DNA of 50,235 bases, taken from NCBI GenBank assembly GCA_018398765.1, contig JAHBMJ010000336.1:1-50235 (forward strand), read 5' to 3'. A program made the translations under genes and the position numbers. Under the pieces are notes generated by a model. It did not search any database. It worked only from the letters and a program-made list of their open reading frames with translations, and was not told the DNA's origin. Positions within the stretch are counted from its first letter, which is position 1. Each line of letters begins with the position of its first letter. Shown here piece by piece: positions 12,619 to 27,174 of the stretch. The stretch comes from Chromera velia. Its lineage: Eukaryota.

Positions 12619-14044
12619 ACGCACACACACACACATACACACGCACACACACACACACGCACACACGCACGCACACACGCACACACACGCACACACACAC
12701 ACGCACAGGCACTCGCACGAAAATATACCCTCTCCCCGACACATATGCCAGAAAGAAAAGCACACATCCATACACTTCCTTACACTCAAGCACACATCCT
12801 TACACTTCAAACGCAACGGCCAGGAAAGAGAAGAGGGCTAAGAGGCAGCCGGAATTTGAGACTGGCCATGCTCGAACCCGGATGAGCGAAAGAAGAAGGA
12901 AGGAAGGAAGGAAGGAAGGAAGAAAGCAAGCAAGCAAGCAAGAAAGAAAGAAAGAAAGAAAGACAGACAGACAGACAGACAGAAAGAAAGGAAGAAAGAA
13001 AGAAAGAAAGGAAGAAAGGAAGAAAGAAAGAAAGAAAGAAAGGAAGGAAGGAAGGAAGGAAGAAACCAACGAAAGAAACCAACGAAAGAAACGAAAGAAG
13101 GAAGAAAATAAAAGAAAATAAAATGAATGAAAGAAAGAAAGAAAGAAAGAAAGAAAGGAAGGTGAGGGAGAGCTGACTGTTCAGCCACCGACGATGACGC
13201 CGTGTACCAGGACGGCCAACTGCACACGCACAAGAAAAACAATCAATTCGCCAGCCACACGATTCGATCGAATCTCCAGAGAAGAAGGCTTCATTCATCG
13301 ACAAGTTCAGCGCGACTTTGGGAATTCTTTCAATCGCCCTGCCCCCCATGCGACCCGTCAGTCAGGCAGTCAGTCAGGCATGTAGGTTGGTAGGAGATCA
13401 AACAGTAAGCACAGGCAGTCCGTCCATCGATAGGGTCAAAGCATGGAAGGAACCTGAAAGATCCACTGAAGGGATTTCATTGACTGAACGCGTCTTCCTC
13501 TGCAGCGACGAAGAAGAGCGGAAGCATGGTGACACCGCGAGGCAGAAGGCAAACGTGCTTGTTGGGGTGTCCGACAAAACAAACCGTGCTCACCTTTCGT
13601 GTTCGCAGAACGGCGAGCGATGTTATCCCGCTGCACAGCTGCTCACACAATCCGAGAGGTTGAGAAGAGAACGGCAGTATGTGAGACAAACGCACAGCAA
13701 AGGAAGGATGAAAAAAAGAAAGTTATGAAAAGTCTGCAATGGTGCCGATCAAGCCCTGTCATCAAGCAGCATGAAGCGACGAATGCGTCTCTGTCCCCAT
13801 GCTGACCTTTTTTCTCCCGTCTGGCGAAGGGCGCCGGGAAGTTTGGAACCATGGTTGTCGTAATTTGGATATTGCTGTCGATTTCAGGCTGTACTCTGTG
13901 TGTGCTGTACGCCGCCAGAGCTGCATTCGCAATGCTCTGGTTGGCGGGGCGCGGGGGTTCGTTTTCCCGTGGAGGCTCTGTCCAGTCTTCTCGACCAGTG
14001 AGGCCTGCGAGAGCGTCTTCTCTCGTGCGAAGGTCGGAGTTCAT
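8427..14044 (-). CDS. Multi-exon R3H-domain protein (R3HDM4-like: R3H-associated N-terminal motif plus R3H domain)
   Basis: Phase-compatible exons join to ...SVNEIPSVDLSVGRPGTRRHRRWLNTQLLTGHLRRCMYESGEDLTDTDAE...DLLEVFLR... and a large exon (about 9066-10491) with LWGLDGLQRKVAHCLAPLFVLESHS (RxxxH). The last exon, about 8427-8731, ends WIAK*. The junction of the 5'-most exons is unresolved. Confidence 0.7.
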
Positions 14045-14704
14045 CCTTTCAAGAACGAACGTAGAGGCAAAGTGCAATGCAGATGCGCTTCGGCCAAGCT
14101 GATGGAGGTCTGACTGCCTCTGCGTTCTACTCTCCAGACGGTGGATTGGGTTCAATGCCACCACAAGCCAGCGCGAGACGTCTCGACTCCTTGCTCGACT
14201 GAGGGGAAACTGCAACGAAAACGCGCCAGTTGTTGCTCAGCTCCACACAATCAAACAGCAACAGCAAGGAAGAACCAGCAATTGCGACACTGTACCAAAG
14301 TGGAAGCCCAGATCGCCATACTTGACCGAAAACTCCCAAGTCAAGCGCGAATACTGAAGAGATGCAGAGAGAGACGGCAGCAGAGAGACTCAGCGCGTTT
14401 TTTTTTGCGTGCGTCGATCATGGATTCGTACCGCGCGCGCGAAAACAGCATGGCTGCACCCCGCGCGCGGCCCACACCATGCATGCATGCATGGCCGGCC
14501 CACCATGCATGGATACAACTAATGTTTCAAGGTCAGGCGATGCCAAACAATCTGATCGATGATCGGCATAATGTATGTATAGACCGTGGCCTGTCAGTTC
14601 CAGACTTTCGCCTGCTCACCGAACGCTAACTTTTGAGTCGAAGCAGGCTGTCAGACGGGCACTTGAATCCTTCACATTCATATATACCTCTGCATGCATG
14701 CGAC
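14045..14704. promoter_or_regulatory. Putative bidirectional promoter with TGCATGCA and GCGCGC motifs
   Basis: Lies between two divergent ATGs. CATGCATGCATG at about 14478-14492, CGCGCGCG at about 14432 and 14462, repeated (G)ATCGAT. TGCATGCA is an established ApiAP2-binding motif in apicomplexans. Confidence 0.45.
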
Positions 14705-16183
<1,479 letters not shown>

Positions 16184-16911
16184 TTTGTTTTCAATTCACG
16201 CAATTTATGAGACTTCAATTTTAATTTTTAATTTAACGAAAGGAGACTTTTAGATGGGTGAACTCAAAATATCCAGGTAGTAATAGAACCATATATGATG
16301 AGCAATATTTGTTGCATAATCTATAAAAAGTAATATTCGCAGTCGTTTTTGCATTCGTTAATACATGATATAATTGTTTAAATGACTTAATTTTGAAAAA
16401 TTAAATCCAAGTTCCACAAATTGCTAGATAGATGTGTCAGTTGACGTATTAGATCATGCACTTATACGAGGTCTCTAGCTCATGAATATTGTTTCATGCA
16501 ACTTCAAATTTAGAAAGTAAACCAATTAAGTTTAGCTTAGAAACTCCGACAGCTTTAGAGTAAAGAACAAATTCATTAAAAAGTCGGATTGTCTGTTAAA
16601 AAACCATAAAACGGCCAGTGAAACTCCTGATCATCATCTGAGTCATCTATAGTTTATTATACGTTCTGAGATACGTTCATATCATAGTTGATATCACACT
16701 CCTCCTAGCCTCTTGTGATATTATTGTAATATATCAATGTATTTCAGACTCAAATACAGAATTATATGATTTGTATTTATTACTTTTTCAATTGTATTAG
16801 ACATATATAGCTAGAGAGAGAACTCTTAGTAGCAGATGTAACTATGAAATAAGAGAACTCATTGTGATTTTTAGTGGTCCTGGCCCCTTGGAAACTTCAG
16901 TGTAATGGGAC

Positions 16912-19177
16912 TCAGAAGGCCGGGATGTCTTTCGGATGAAAGTCGGTGGAGACGATCTCGGGAAAACGCCACAACGAGCCTACCCCACTGGATGGCGGGG
17001 GCCACTGGTAAGCAGACAGGCACTTGTCGAAAAACATGCCTTCCGGGGAGTCTCGCGGAAACACGCCCTTCTCTAACAAGAGGGCCATACAGTCCAGTCT
17101 GGTGACTACGACATCTTCTTTGCTCTTCTCCCCCCACCCCCCCTCGGGGCTCTCAGACATGTACGCACGACTCAGCTCAGCCTCACTGGTGTATTTGTTC
17201 AACCAGCAGGGCCAGTTGCTGTCCGACTCTTCATGCTTCGCGATATAGAAACTCAAAGGTATTGTCTTTGCACAGTGCTGTTTGAAGCCTGCTAGGACTT
17301 TGTTGGTCTTCAGACCGGTTGTCGCATCGAGATCGATCATGTGCATGTGCAGAACTGTGAAAGGAGTGATCGGGTGCCTCGTGAAAGCCAAAATAGGCAT
17401 TCGTCACACTGTTCAATTCCTTCCATTTTCGCCCAAATTCCTTCAACCTGTTTAACAACGTCACCGTCTCTCTCTTATACGCAGCTCCTTCTTCTTCAAC
17501 ATTACATACTGCGTCTTCTTCTATTCTTGTGCGACGTGCCGGGTCTTTACCAAAGAAAAAAGCATTGGACGTCCAAAAATATGCATCGTCCAAGATAGTG
17601 AACTCGTGCCGCTGGGACATGGACCCTGCTGTGCTCTCCTCCCACCACACAGACTCCAATTCCCCTGCAGACCCAGGTTGCCCTGACACTGCATCAGGGG
17701 ACCCTCCCGCCCCGCCCTTATTTCGGGATACAATCAATTTGGGCTCCAGGTTTCCATCTGACTGCGGTTGGTACTCATCTTTGGCATTTGGTCGGTCGGC
17801 ATTGGGGAGAAGCTCGGCGTAACGCCCTTCTCTGTATCCCCCTTCTCCTGGGGGGCTGAAAATTCCAATGAAATTCTTAAAATGGGAAAGCGCCTTGTCG
17901 GACAAAGTGTCTGGTTTGTTTGCATTCTGTTTCAAAGATTTCATCCATTTCTGGGCACTCTCAGGGCTTTTTGCCCAGTCTGCCTTCTCCCAATTGAAGT
18001 TGATGTCCCATGACTTTTCCTTCCCAAGGTGTCCTTCTTTGGTATTCATGCCGGCAAGGTAGTTGGCAGGCATGTCATCGACATCGTTGAGCTCTGTGTC
18101 ATGCCATATCGTGCAAGAGTCCCACATCTTTCCTTGTTGGGTTTTGGTTGCCTCAGGTGTGTCGTACATGAAACTGAGCGACTCGAGCAGTTTGTCCACA
18201 GTTTCTTCGTCACTCTTCAGGACATACACTTCGCCCTTTGGGTTTGGCTCTGTCTCGAGCTTGCACCACGCAAAGTCCTGTGCAGTGCTTGCCTGTCCCA
18301 TAATGGGTTTGGTGAACTTTCCGTCCTGCATCACTGCCGCTTCTTTGAGGTGAAATCTGTCCCAAACGGTCTGATCATCCAGCAGACCTCCCGCTGCAAC
18401 GCTAAGTACGTCTGCGAAATAAGTAGCCTTCCGGGAGGTGTAGTTGGTGATGTCATCAATCACTTTCGCCCTGCTGCCAAAGGAGTGCAACAACAACCTC
18501 GCGATGCTGAGGATGCTGCGAGCACCTCCGGCAGGACGGGGGCCTTTCGGCAAGACGGGGTTTCCCTTGTAAAGCATCCCAAGGCTTTTCTTGCCTTCCT
18601 TTTCGCTGACGGAAAACGCAAAGGGACGTGAGCTTCTGGGTAGCAGGGTGAAGTAGACCGGGATTCCGGAGCGTGTTGTCATATCAAAAATCTGCTGCCA
18701 TGCTGTGCTAACGTCAAGTTGGACTTTTTTCCAAGAGTCTGGGTCATCAATTTCATCGTTTCCCCATTTCCCGTGTGATTTGCATGGCGGTTGAGTTTGA
18801 AGGTGTAAAATTCCCGGTTGCTCTTTGACTTCCTTTTGGAGGAAAGGGCTGAGGGCATAGGGAGCTCTAGCATTGGATGGGAGGGTGTAGACGTCCCCTT
18901 CGCTCGGCTGACTCCACAAAGCCGCTGCAACCAGAACTTTGAGGGATGGCTTTGTGCTGATGTCCTCTGTCAGCATCTGGACAGTCCTTACGGTCGGGGC
19001 TGCGTGAATGAGAAACACGTCTTTTGCTCCCTGACTTCCCGTGCTGCGTCGCCAGAAGGCCAACTTCTCCAACATGCCGCTGGCTTGCAGTTCTCTTTCT
19101 GGTTTCGGGAGAACCCGACAGTCCACCCATGCAGGCAACATGAGGGCCATAACGCAGGAGAGATGAGAGACCTTCAT
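16912..19177 (-). CDS. Signal-peptide protein with C-terminal HIT-like domain, split by a +1 frameshift at about 17360
   Basis: N-terminus MKVSHLSCVMALMLPAWVDC is signal-like. Frame 0 reads ...YFGFHEAPDHSF and the +1 frame continues TVLHMHMIDLD... to the stop at 16912. Joined, this gives a GFHxxPxxSxxxLHMH HIT-type motif. Confidence 0.6.
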
Positions 19178-20005
19178 AGTCGCTCGACAAAGTCTGATGG
19201 AATCTGTATGAAGTGGCGCTTGGAGGCTGAGTAGAGAACCTCAAAAGTCCTACAAGACTTCTGACATGGAGAGCGCCATGTCAGACTCAGTCTCTGAAAA
19301 CGCTGTATACGATTGGTTATTTCGTGAAATTTGAGTGGAGCCTGTGCGCTGTAAAGCTTCGTTCTTTCAGTGTGATGGGAAAACCACTTCTGCTCTGGTG
19401 CACGTATGTGCTTGTTTATAGAGAGAGTCCACAGCAGCATGGACTCAGTCGGTATATATACGATCGACTGCTTTCTGCAGGCTAAATCTTAATTACTGCA
19501 TATATTAATATATATGTGTGATTTTGTATTATTGATATATACGTACGCGTACGTATATTAATATATATATATATACAACATGCAATTTAAAAAAAATAAA
19601 GAACGCGTATATACACGCATCGATACAAATTTGGCACCATACCGATAGACGTGGCCGGCACCCCTCTCTCTGTAATTAAGTGTTGTGCATGGGGGTGGCA
19701 TGGGGCGACCGACGATGCCTCACCGCGTGAGACGACGTCGTGAGACTACGTGCATGCCAAGCATGCAACCGAATTCGAACGGATATATGTGTCATCGACT
19801 CTCTTCTTCACTGCATGACTGCCTGCACAGTCACTCAACAGGAAGTTCACAGAGTGTCAGGTTGTCTATAGGGTTATGTCGCTGCGTGTTCAACACTGCT
19901 TTGGCTTTCCAGGAGCTTCACATCGTCGCCTTTTCTGTCTTTAGCGGGTTTTGCGGTTTTGCGTCCAACTTGTGTTTCTGTCTACCATGACGGATCACCG
20001 AGGAG

Positions 20006-21790
20006 GTGCCGACAAACGCGTCGGAGCACGTGAAGAACGGCTGCCTTTCTGATCCAGAAGGGTTCTCCATGTATCAGCCAACGAAGGATAGACCGCTCCC
20101 TGGTATGTCTAAAGAAGTGAGAGCACCAGCCTGGATCACATGGAGGTCCACCAGCCAACTGGAATGCTATCATCTCCATTTGAAGGCAGGCTTCAAAGAA
20201 ACCAAAGCAGGGCTGGTCCTGGGAGATGGGATCATTCTTGAACGAGCTTTTTTGCACAACTGCAACATAGGACGAAGGAGGGGGCAAGCAACTCCTGGCT
20301 TGTTCGGCTCTGACTTTTCGGATGGGATCACAACGCATGATCGGCATGCACTGCTATTCAAAGAAGAGTGTGAAGTTGGGATGGCGGCATTCGTTGCTTT
20401 GTTGAGGCGACCAAAGAGAGGAGGGGTAGAAGAGAGGGGGGAAGGAGAAAGTGAAGGCGCGATTTCTTCAGCTGCGCAGGCAGGGTCGCGTGCTGAATCT
20501 TCAAGTTGGCAGTACATTCCTGTCGAGGCAAACTGGGGTTTGCAGGCTGCATTTGATAGAGATCTGCAAATCCTCATCGATGCAGATTTAGAAGAGGAGA
20601 GGGAGAAAGCTGAGAAGAGTCAGGGAGAAGAAGAGAATGAAAGTGCCCTTCTGCAGCTTCCAAGCGAGTTTGCGGATGTTGCGGATTTGACTAGACAGGC
20701 GTTGTTCGAAGAAATTGAGAATGATCTTGCAGAGGTTCAGGATGCTCGATCTTTCTCTGCCTCTTCTTCCCTTTCTTCTTCGTCGGCTTCTTCTTCTTCT
20801 TCTTCTTCTTCTTCTTCTCTTTCTTCTTCTTCTTCTTCAGACCCGGTTGCTCCTGTGAAGAGTATCAAGTTGCAATGGCTCTCTTTGTTGGAAAGAGCAG
20901 CAACATACCCAAGTGGGGAGATGGCAAAGAAAGTGATCGAGTGTGCGGACCGAGTGGGACACGATAATGCAGTTGCAGTTTTTATTGCATATATGAAAGA
21001 GTACCGAGCCGAAGTGAAGAGTGAACGGTCAAGTCCTTTAAAATGGACAAGTGTGGGTTTGATAAAAAAATTTCTGTTGAAGAACTGTTCTCGGGAAGTA
21101 GGAAGGGATGCGGTCTTCGCTGGGAGGGTAGAAGAGGAAAGAAGAATTTTTTTAAATGCAGTGACTTCACAAAGTCTTCCCTCTGGTCATTTTCCGTCTC
21201 CTCCCCGCCCTTCAGGTTTGACCAATCAGGACGCTTTGCTCGCAAGTGAAGAGGCAGTTGAAGCGCCGCAAAGAGAAGTGAATACATACCTTAGAGATGC
21301 ACAGCAGGCAAAAAAATGGAGTGAGCTCGACTCTGATGAAGAGAAGAAAGAAAAAGAACAGAACGGTGGAAAGAAGCCTCGTGAGTGCCCTTTGTGTGGG
21401 GTTTTCCCACTTCCTGCATCTCACCATCCTCGTCTGGCACCTAGAGGGACAGATGTAAAGCAGAGCAAAAAAGATGCTCTGGTCTATTGTCCGCTAACGT
21501 GGCCAGATTTGAATCATTATTTGGATGTTGTATTACCCATTCGTCTGCGAATCAGAGAGCATGAGGGGGATGCTGTCGGATGTTTTTCATGTGGGGTTTT
21601 GTTCGAATCCCCTGATCATGGTCATTGGATTCCCTCTGAAACAGAGAGAAGAGAAGGAGATGTGCGTCTTCCTTTTGTTTTTTGGTGTCCGAAAAAAGAT
21701 GCAGAAAAGACTCCCCAAGAGTGGTATGCTGAAAAGAAGAAGGGACAAAAGCGTACCTTCAAAGCATCTCAGTCTCGTACGGCCTCGTAA
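20006..21790 (+). mobile_element. 5'-incomplete DDE transposase-like ORF (MULE/IS256-related catalytic-Glu region)
   Basis: HVKNGCLSDPEGFSMY...RSTSQLECYHLHLK...LERAFLHN resembles the 'GCLSDP...RGTxxxExxH...N' block of eukaryotic MULE-related transposases. Cys/His clusters at the C-terminus. No in-frame ATG upstream of the motif; flanked by AT/(TA)n tracts and repeat arrays. Confidence 0.55.
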
Positions 21791-21927
21791 ATGAATTACA
21801 TACATGTATTTTCATCCGCGGGCAAGCGGTACCATTCATTAACTCCTTCAGTTTCTTTTGTGCAGCGTGTGCATGCAATCGCATCTTTATGTATGAACTT
21901 TTCATTTGAGTGCATGAAATTTCAATG

Positions 21928-22177
21928 CATTGTAGCAAACTTTTTTTCCCCCCTTTTTTTTTTCCCTTTCCCCCCTTTTTTTCCCTAGCGTGCGTCAGAT
22001 TCTTTTCGCCCCACCATGGTAGGTTTTTTTCCCTAAGCTGGGGTGGCGCTCCTCAGTAATACTAGCAAACATTGTAGCAAACTTTTTTTTTCCTTTTTTT
22101 TTCCCTTTCCCCCCTTTTTTTCCCTAGCGTGCGTCAGATTCTTTTCGCCCCACCATGGTAGGTTTTTTTCTCTAAGC
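21928..22177. repeat. Direct duplication of about 110 bp
   Basis: CATTGTAGCAAAC...CCCTAGCGTGCGTCAGATTCTTTTCGCCCCACCATGGTAGG...CTAAGC at about 21928-22038 and 22069-22177. Confidence 0.9.
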
Positions 22178-22236
22178 CCAACACAGTACCCCGTGCTGCA
22201 AATACCATGCATGCAGATTATATTCTTACAACTCTT

Positions 22237-22740
22237 CATCCACACTCGGCTAAAAAACGTTCTCCCAGAAAGTAGATTTTTACAAGTTTCTTAAGTATCA
22301 ATCCACACTCAGCTAAAAAAGGTTCTCTCGGAAAGCAGATTTTTATAAGTTTCTTAAGTATCAATCCACACTCAGCCAAAAAACGTTCTCCCAGAAATCA
22401 GATCGATTTTTACAAGTTTCTTAAGTATCAATCCACACTCGGCCAAAAAACGTTCTACCGGAAATCAGATTTTTATAAGTTTCTTAAGTATCAATCCACA
22501 CTCGGCGAAAAAACGTTCTACCGGAAATCAGATTTTTATAAGTTTCTTAAGTATCAATCCATACTTGGCCAAAAAATGTTCTCCCGGAAAGGAGATTCTT
22601 ATTTCTTAAGTATTAATCCATACTCGCCTCAAAAACGTTCTGCTAGAAAACAGATTTTTACAAGTTTCTTAAGTATCTATCCACATTCGCCTCAAAAACG
22701 GTCTCCCACAGATTTTTATAAGTTTTTTTAAGTATCCATC
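22237..22740. repeat. Tandem array of eight units of about 63 bp
   Basis: Unit ATCCACACTCGGCYAAAAAACGTTCTCCCRGAAABCAGATTTTTAYAAGTTTCTTAAGTATCA, decaying toward the right. Confidence 0.9.
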
Positions 22741-22867
22741 TACCTTTAAGAGGCTGGTCAGTAGTCTATCCGTTAGAGTCAGAAATTCCGGCGTTTGAAC
22801 GGCCGAAGACATATAAAGTATTATATAAAGACATCATGTACAAAAAATAATAAACATTTCATAAAGA

Positions 22868-22908
<41 letters not shown>

Positions 22909-23103
22909 AAAAACCAAGATCAATTAGAATTTTTTTTCTTCATTTTTTTGTTTAGTGTTTGCATCTGCATGTAAATTCATATCTATATCATATTTGTTTA
23001 TTTTTATTCTTCAAACAGACATCTCATTAATGAATAAATCGATTTTTCAAATTTAAATATCAATTCTCTCTTGCTGTCTACATGCCCCGTCTCAGTCTCC
23101 ATA

Positions 23104-23151
<48 letters not shown>

Positions 23152-23261
23152 CCTTCCTTCCTTCCTTTCTTTCTTTCTTTCTTTCTTTCTCTATTTCTTC
23201 CTTTCTTCCTTTCTTTCTCTCTTTCTCTCTTTCTCTCTTTCTCTCTTTCTCTCTTTCTCTC

Positions 23262-23303
<42 letters not shown>

Positions 23304-23433
23304 CCTCTTTCTCTGTTTCTCTCTTTCTCTCTCCCTATATCCCTCTCTCCCTCTTTCTCTCTCTCTCTCCCCCTCTTTCTCTCTTTCTCCCTTTCTCCCT
23401 TTCTCTCTTTCTCCCTTTCTCTCTTTCTCTTAT

Positions 23434-23482
<49 letters not shown>

Positions 23483-23489
23483 CTCTCAG

Positions 23490-23540
<51 letters not shown>

Positions 23541-23831
23541 AGTACACAAAATGATTCCATGGAACCAATTTTGCATCAGACCCTATGACAGCACGACCTA
23601 GTGTCCAGCCAACTGAGTGAAACTAACTGACGGGCGGATTGACTGTGGTTCTGAATGCTCCCGAATGTGTTCTTTGACTCTTCAGTATTCTTTTATATGT
23701 CTCATTCCTGTGAAGCAACAACCCTGTTGAGTACTATAAGAGGTGGTAGAAGTACTATAAGCTCTGCTCTATACTTGCCCCACTTGCGTCGCCTGACGGA
23801 GAGAGGCATCAAGTGAACGCCCTCCATGCAG

Positions 23832-24318
23832 CTAGCTCTCAGTGGCTACCGCATTCCCGCCAGCGTCTACGGTTTCAGAGGCGGGCTTGAGGGTCTCTGG
23901 TTTTGCTGTTCCCTCATAGGGAGTTCCCAACAGGGGTCCACTGTCCTTGGGGGATCTCTGGAGGGTTCCGCTTGAGTTTGCTTTGTTCTCTAGAAGGTGC
24001 TGCGAGGGGGAGGGTTGGGATTCCAGAAAGCCCGTCTCTAGAAGATTAGGGGGGATTTCTGCAAATGCAGACGCAAGGAGATGAAAAGTCAAAACGCATT
24101 CGAATGTAATGTTGTCAGATGAATGCTTGTGAACATACATAAGCACTGCCGGATGATGGGGGAAGAGCTGGAGAGGTTTTTGTGCACATCCCGATTCACT
24201 ATGAGGACATGTCTTAATTGATTCCAAATGCACAATTCAGCGCGATCCACGCGTCCGGAAGACTGTGACTTTCATTGCGCTTCCGTTTCTCCACCCAAGA
24301 GATTTGTTCGTCGAGTCC

Positions 24319-24358
<40 letters not shown>

Positions 24359-24757
24359 TTTCTTTTCTTCTCTTTTCTTTTCTTTTCCTTTCTTTTCTTT
24401 CTCTACATCTCCTTCTCCTTCTCTCTATCCAAGGACCGCACGCCGTCAACCCAACCCCATGTGAAGAAAGAAAGTCAAGGAAGGACAAGCAGATGGACGA
24501 TCGAACGGGGATAGAACTGACTTACGGAGAGCATCCGAAAGGGAGGGCCTGTATTCTCTCAGAAGCGCCCTGCAGGTCTGCACGTCATTGCATCCATCCA
24601 GGCATCCATCCATCCATCTATCCTATCCACACAACGTTCCTTCCGCATGAATAAATTCGCCTCTCGGGAAGAGGAGGCAGACAGGAATTCAGAAAGAAAG
24701 GAAGGAAGGAAGGAAGGAAGGAAGAAAACAGACGAAGAAGCGGTAGGTCGATGCATG

Positions 24758-24800
<43 letters not shown>

Positions 24801-26364
24801 GGGGAGAGACAGAGGGGGGGAAAGGGCATTTGAAGACGAAAGAGGAAGAGAAGAGAAGAGAAGAGGAAAGAAGGGAAATAACCGACAAAGGCGGAGGACT
24901 GGCAGAAGAGGAGGTAAGAAGCAGCCGAGAGAGAAAAAGGGCAAACTCTGATCGACTTCTCTCTCTCGGAATTCAAAACTGAAACCTTACTCGAACCGAA
25001 GAGCTTTTAGATCTCTATCACAATAATTATTATCCTGCTTTTTCCACCATTCTTGCTTCTCTTCGGTGTTTGTAGGCATTAAAGCCTCCCTATGTGCCTT
25101 CCCTTGTTCTCTTACCCTCTTTTCCCTTCACTCTGGTTATGAAACTGCCTGGCTTCATATGAAGTCAAACAGGTGCAAAAGGACAATCAAGCAGACACAT
25201 CACGGTATGGAACCCGCTCACCTGTGCACTCACTCACCTTGATTTGTTCAATCACCCTTCTCAGATGGACCCCCTGAAGCCCAGTCGCCAGCTGGGGCGT
25301 CAGAGACAAGGCAGGAAACCCACGACACTGCGGGCAGGCAGGCGTTAGGGAATTTTGCAGAGAGGAATCACTTGCATAATTACATACATACAAACAGGCA
25401 TACAGACACAACAAAAAGAAGAGCCAAACTCACTCAATCTAACAATGTGACACACAGACGCACCTCTTGGCAAGTATGCGAGGGACCCTCATTGAAGTCA
25501 CGCAACAATCCACGCAACAAATGCATGCAGATTCACAGCCTGTCGGCCACAGTCAGCTCAACGGTCAAACAAAAAACAGAAAGGGACGGGATGGCGATAG
25601 AAGATTTCGGAGGGTCTCTCAAAACCCGACAGGGGGAGAGAATAACAGAAGAAGAAGAAGAAGAAGAAGGAGGAGGAGGAGGAGGAGAGACATGACGAAA
25701 GTAACTCACTTCATATTTCTGCAGTTCCTCAATCAGAAGACTTTTCAGGTTCAACAACGCCGTAGCGCGCTCCTCCACAAAAGCAGCAGTCGCCACGTCC
25801 TGTGCCTTTTGCAGAGTGCACTTACGTCCCATCACATCGAGTTGAGCGCCGAGAACGAGATCATACCACTGCAGAACATCATTTTTCCATGGAGCGAAAC
25901 GCATCATGAATCTTCAAAAAAGAGGCCTGCACCACCCCCAAAAAAGCGATTGCACCACAGAATTCACATGCAGTTGCAGAGGCATTGGTAGTCAGCGTGT
26001 CATATGGTGAGTGGCACATTGACAGAATGCGACGGTTCATATTTGCGTGTTCATGCATGTTCGTTTACATCGTCCATAGATGATCTCAGCTGAATCACAT
26101 CAGCAGAATCTCAAATCAAAATCGAGTCGCAAGGCCAACCACGAGACGCAAATTGCTTAGGCAGAGAAACGGCAAAAAAGCAGACGCCGGAGAAGCAAGT
26201 CTGTCTTTTTTGTTTTCCTCCCTGTCTTTTTTGCATTACGCCCGCCACTTGTCTGTTTTATGCATGCCGGGCTTTGCTGATCCCTTACTGCGTTCGTTCA
26301 GAATTTCAATTGATGGGGTCCACTGAAATCGAGTCAAAGGACGTTTCTACATGGATGCCACTTG

Positions 26365-26397
<33 letters not shown>

Positions 26398-27174
26398 AAG
26401 AAAGAAAAAACCACCAACCTCAGCTGGTTGCTGCCGTTTCGTGTGGAGAACCGGAATCACGTACAAGTTCGGGTCGCCTTCTAGAAGTACCTGTGAATGT
26501 CACGGGCGTATAGCCATGGACATGCAGGGTGTGTAGAATTCAGGCTTGCGCTCGACAGGTTTAGCTCGATTTTCCTTTTCAAACTCAAAACTTTTGGGAC
26601 TCATGATGTCAGCGGAGAAAGAGTAGGTGAAGACCTCCGTTCTTTCCTTGTAATGGAATGATGGAAGGGGCAGTGAGTCAGCGGCCACAATCGACTGGAG
26701 AGGGGAGAGGAGTGATGGAGAAGGAGACACGAAGGGACGAGGGAATGAAGGGATAGATAGGGGGGAGCAAGAGTTTAGTCCAAAAACTATGAGCATGCAG
26801 AGAAGGGCTAAAAGAGCAAGAAATCGTTTTTTCCTTGGCCATGCAGACATGTGAGTACATATGTTTCATACACCGTACACATGAATCATAGAACAACAAA
26901 CTTTCTCTCCCTCCGTGTCTCTATCTGCATACTCACGTGTGTAGGTGTGGGTGCATGTTCTTCTGTGGTCTCGAGTGCATGCGCATGCTCTATAGTGGAA
27001 TCAAAGGACTTATGCATGCATACGACATATATATCGATGTATCAAAACGCACAGACATGCACCCACCTGGCAGGACCGGTCGTTGATGCAGTACTTTAGA
27101 TCCACGCATCGCCGGGTCTTCGCTCCCTCCATCCACCAGGATCTGAAGTGGAGGAATACTCTCTTCTTCCCCAT
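23832..27174 (-). CDS. Six-exon DM10-like domain protein (probably ciliary/microtubule-associated)
   Basis: Phase-consistent exons: MGKKRVFLHFRSWWMEGAKTRRCVDLKYCINDRSCQ|VLLEGDPNLYVIPVLHTKRQQPAE|WYDLVLGAQLDVMGRKCTLQKAQDVAT...LQKYE|CRGF...EQIK|TCRALLREYRPSLSDAL|QIPP...TES*. The 'LxF...R...Y..D' and 'DLxxGxxLxVxGR' patterns resemble DM10. Confidence 0.65.

Noticed and set aside
12345..13349. Long ORFs of HT/CV/KE/SFL repeats (also 4050-4280, 23071-23601, 29038-29389)
   Set aside because: Translations of intronic or intergenic microsatellites.
22237..22740. CRISPR-like array
   Set aside because: Units are homologous along their whole length, with no unique spacers and no cas genes.
26500..26700. 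Extra exon SIVAADSLPLP... in the DM10-like gene
   Set aside because: Ends in a stop and would interrupt an otherwise contiguous DM10-like domain; treated as intron.
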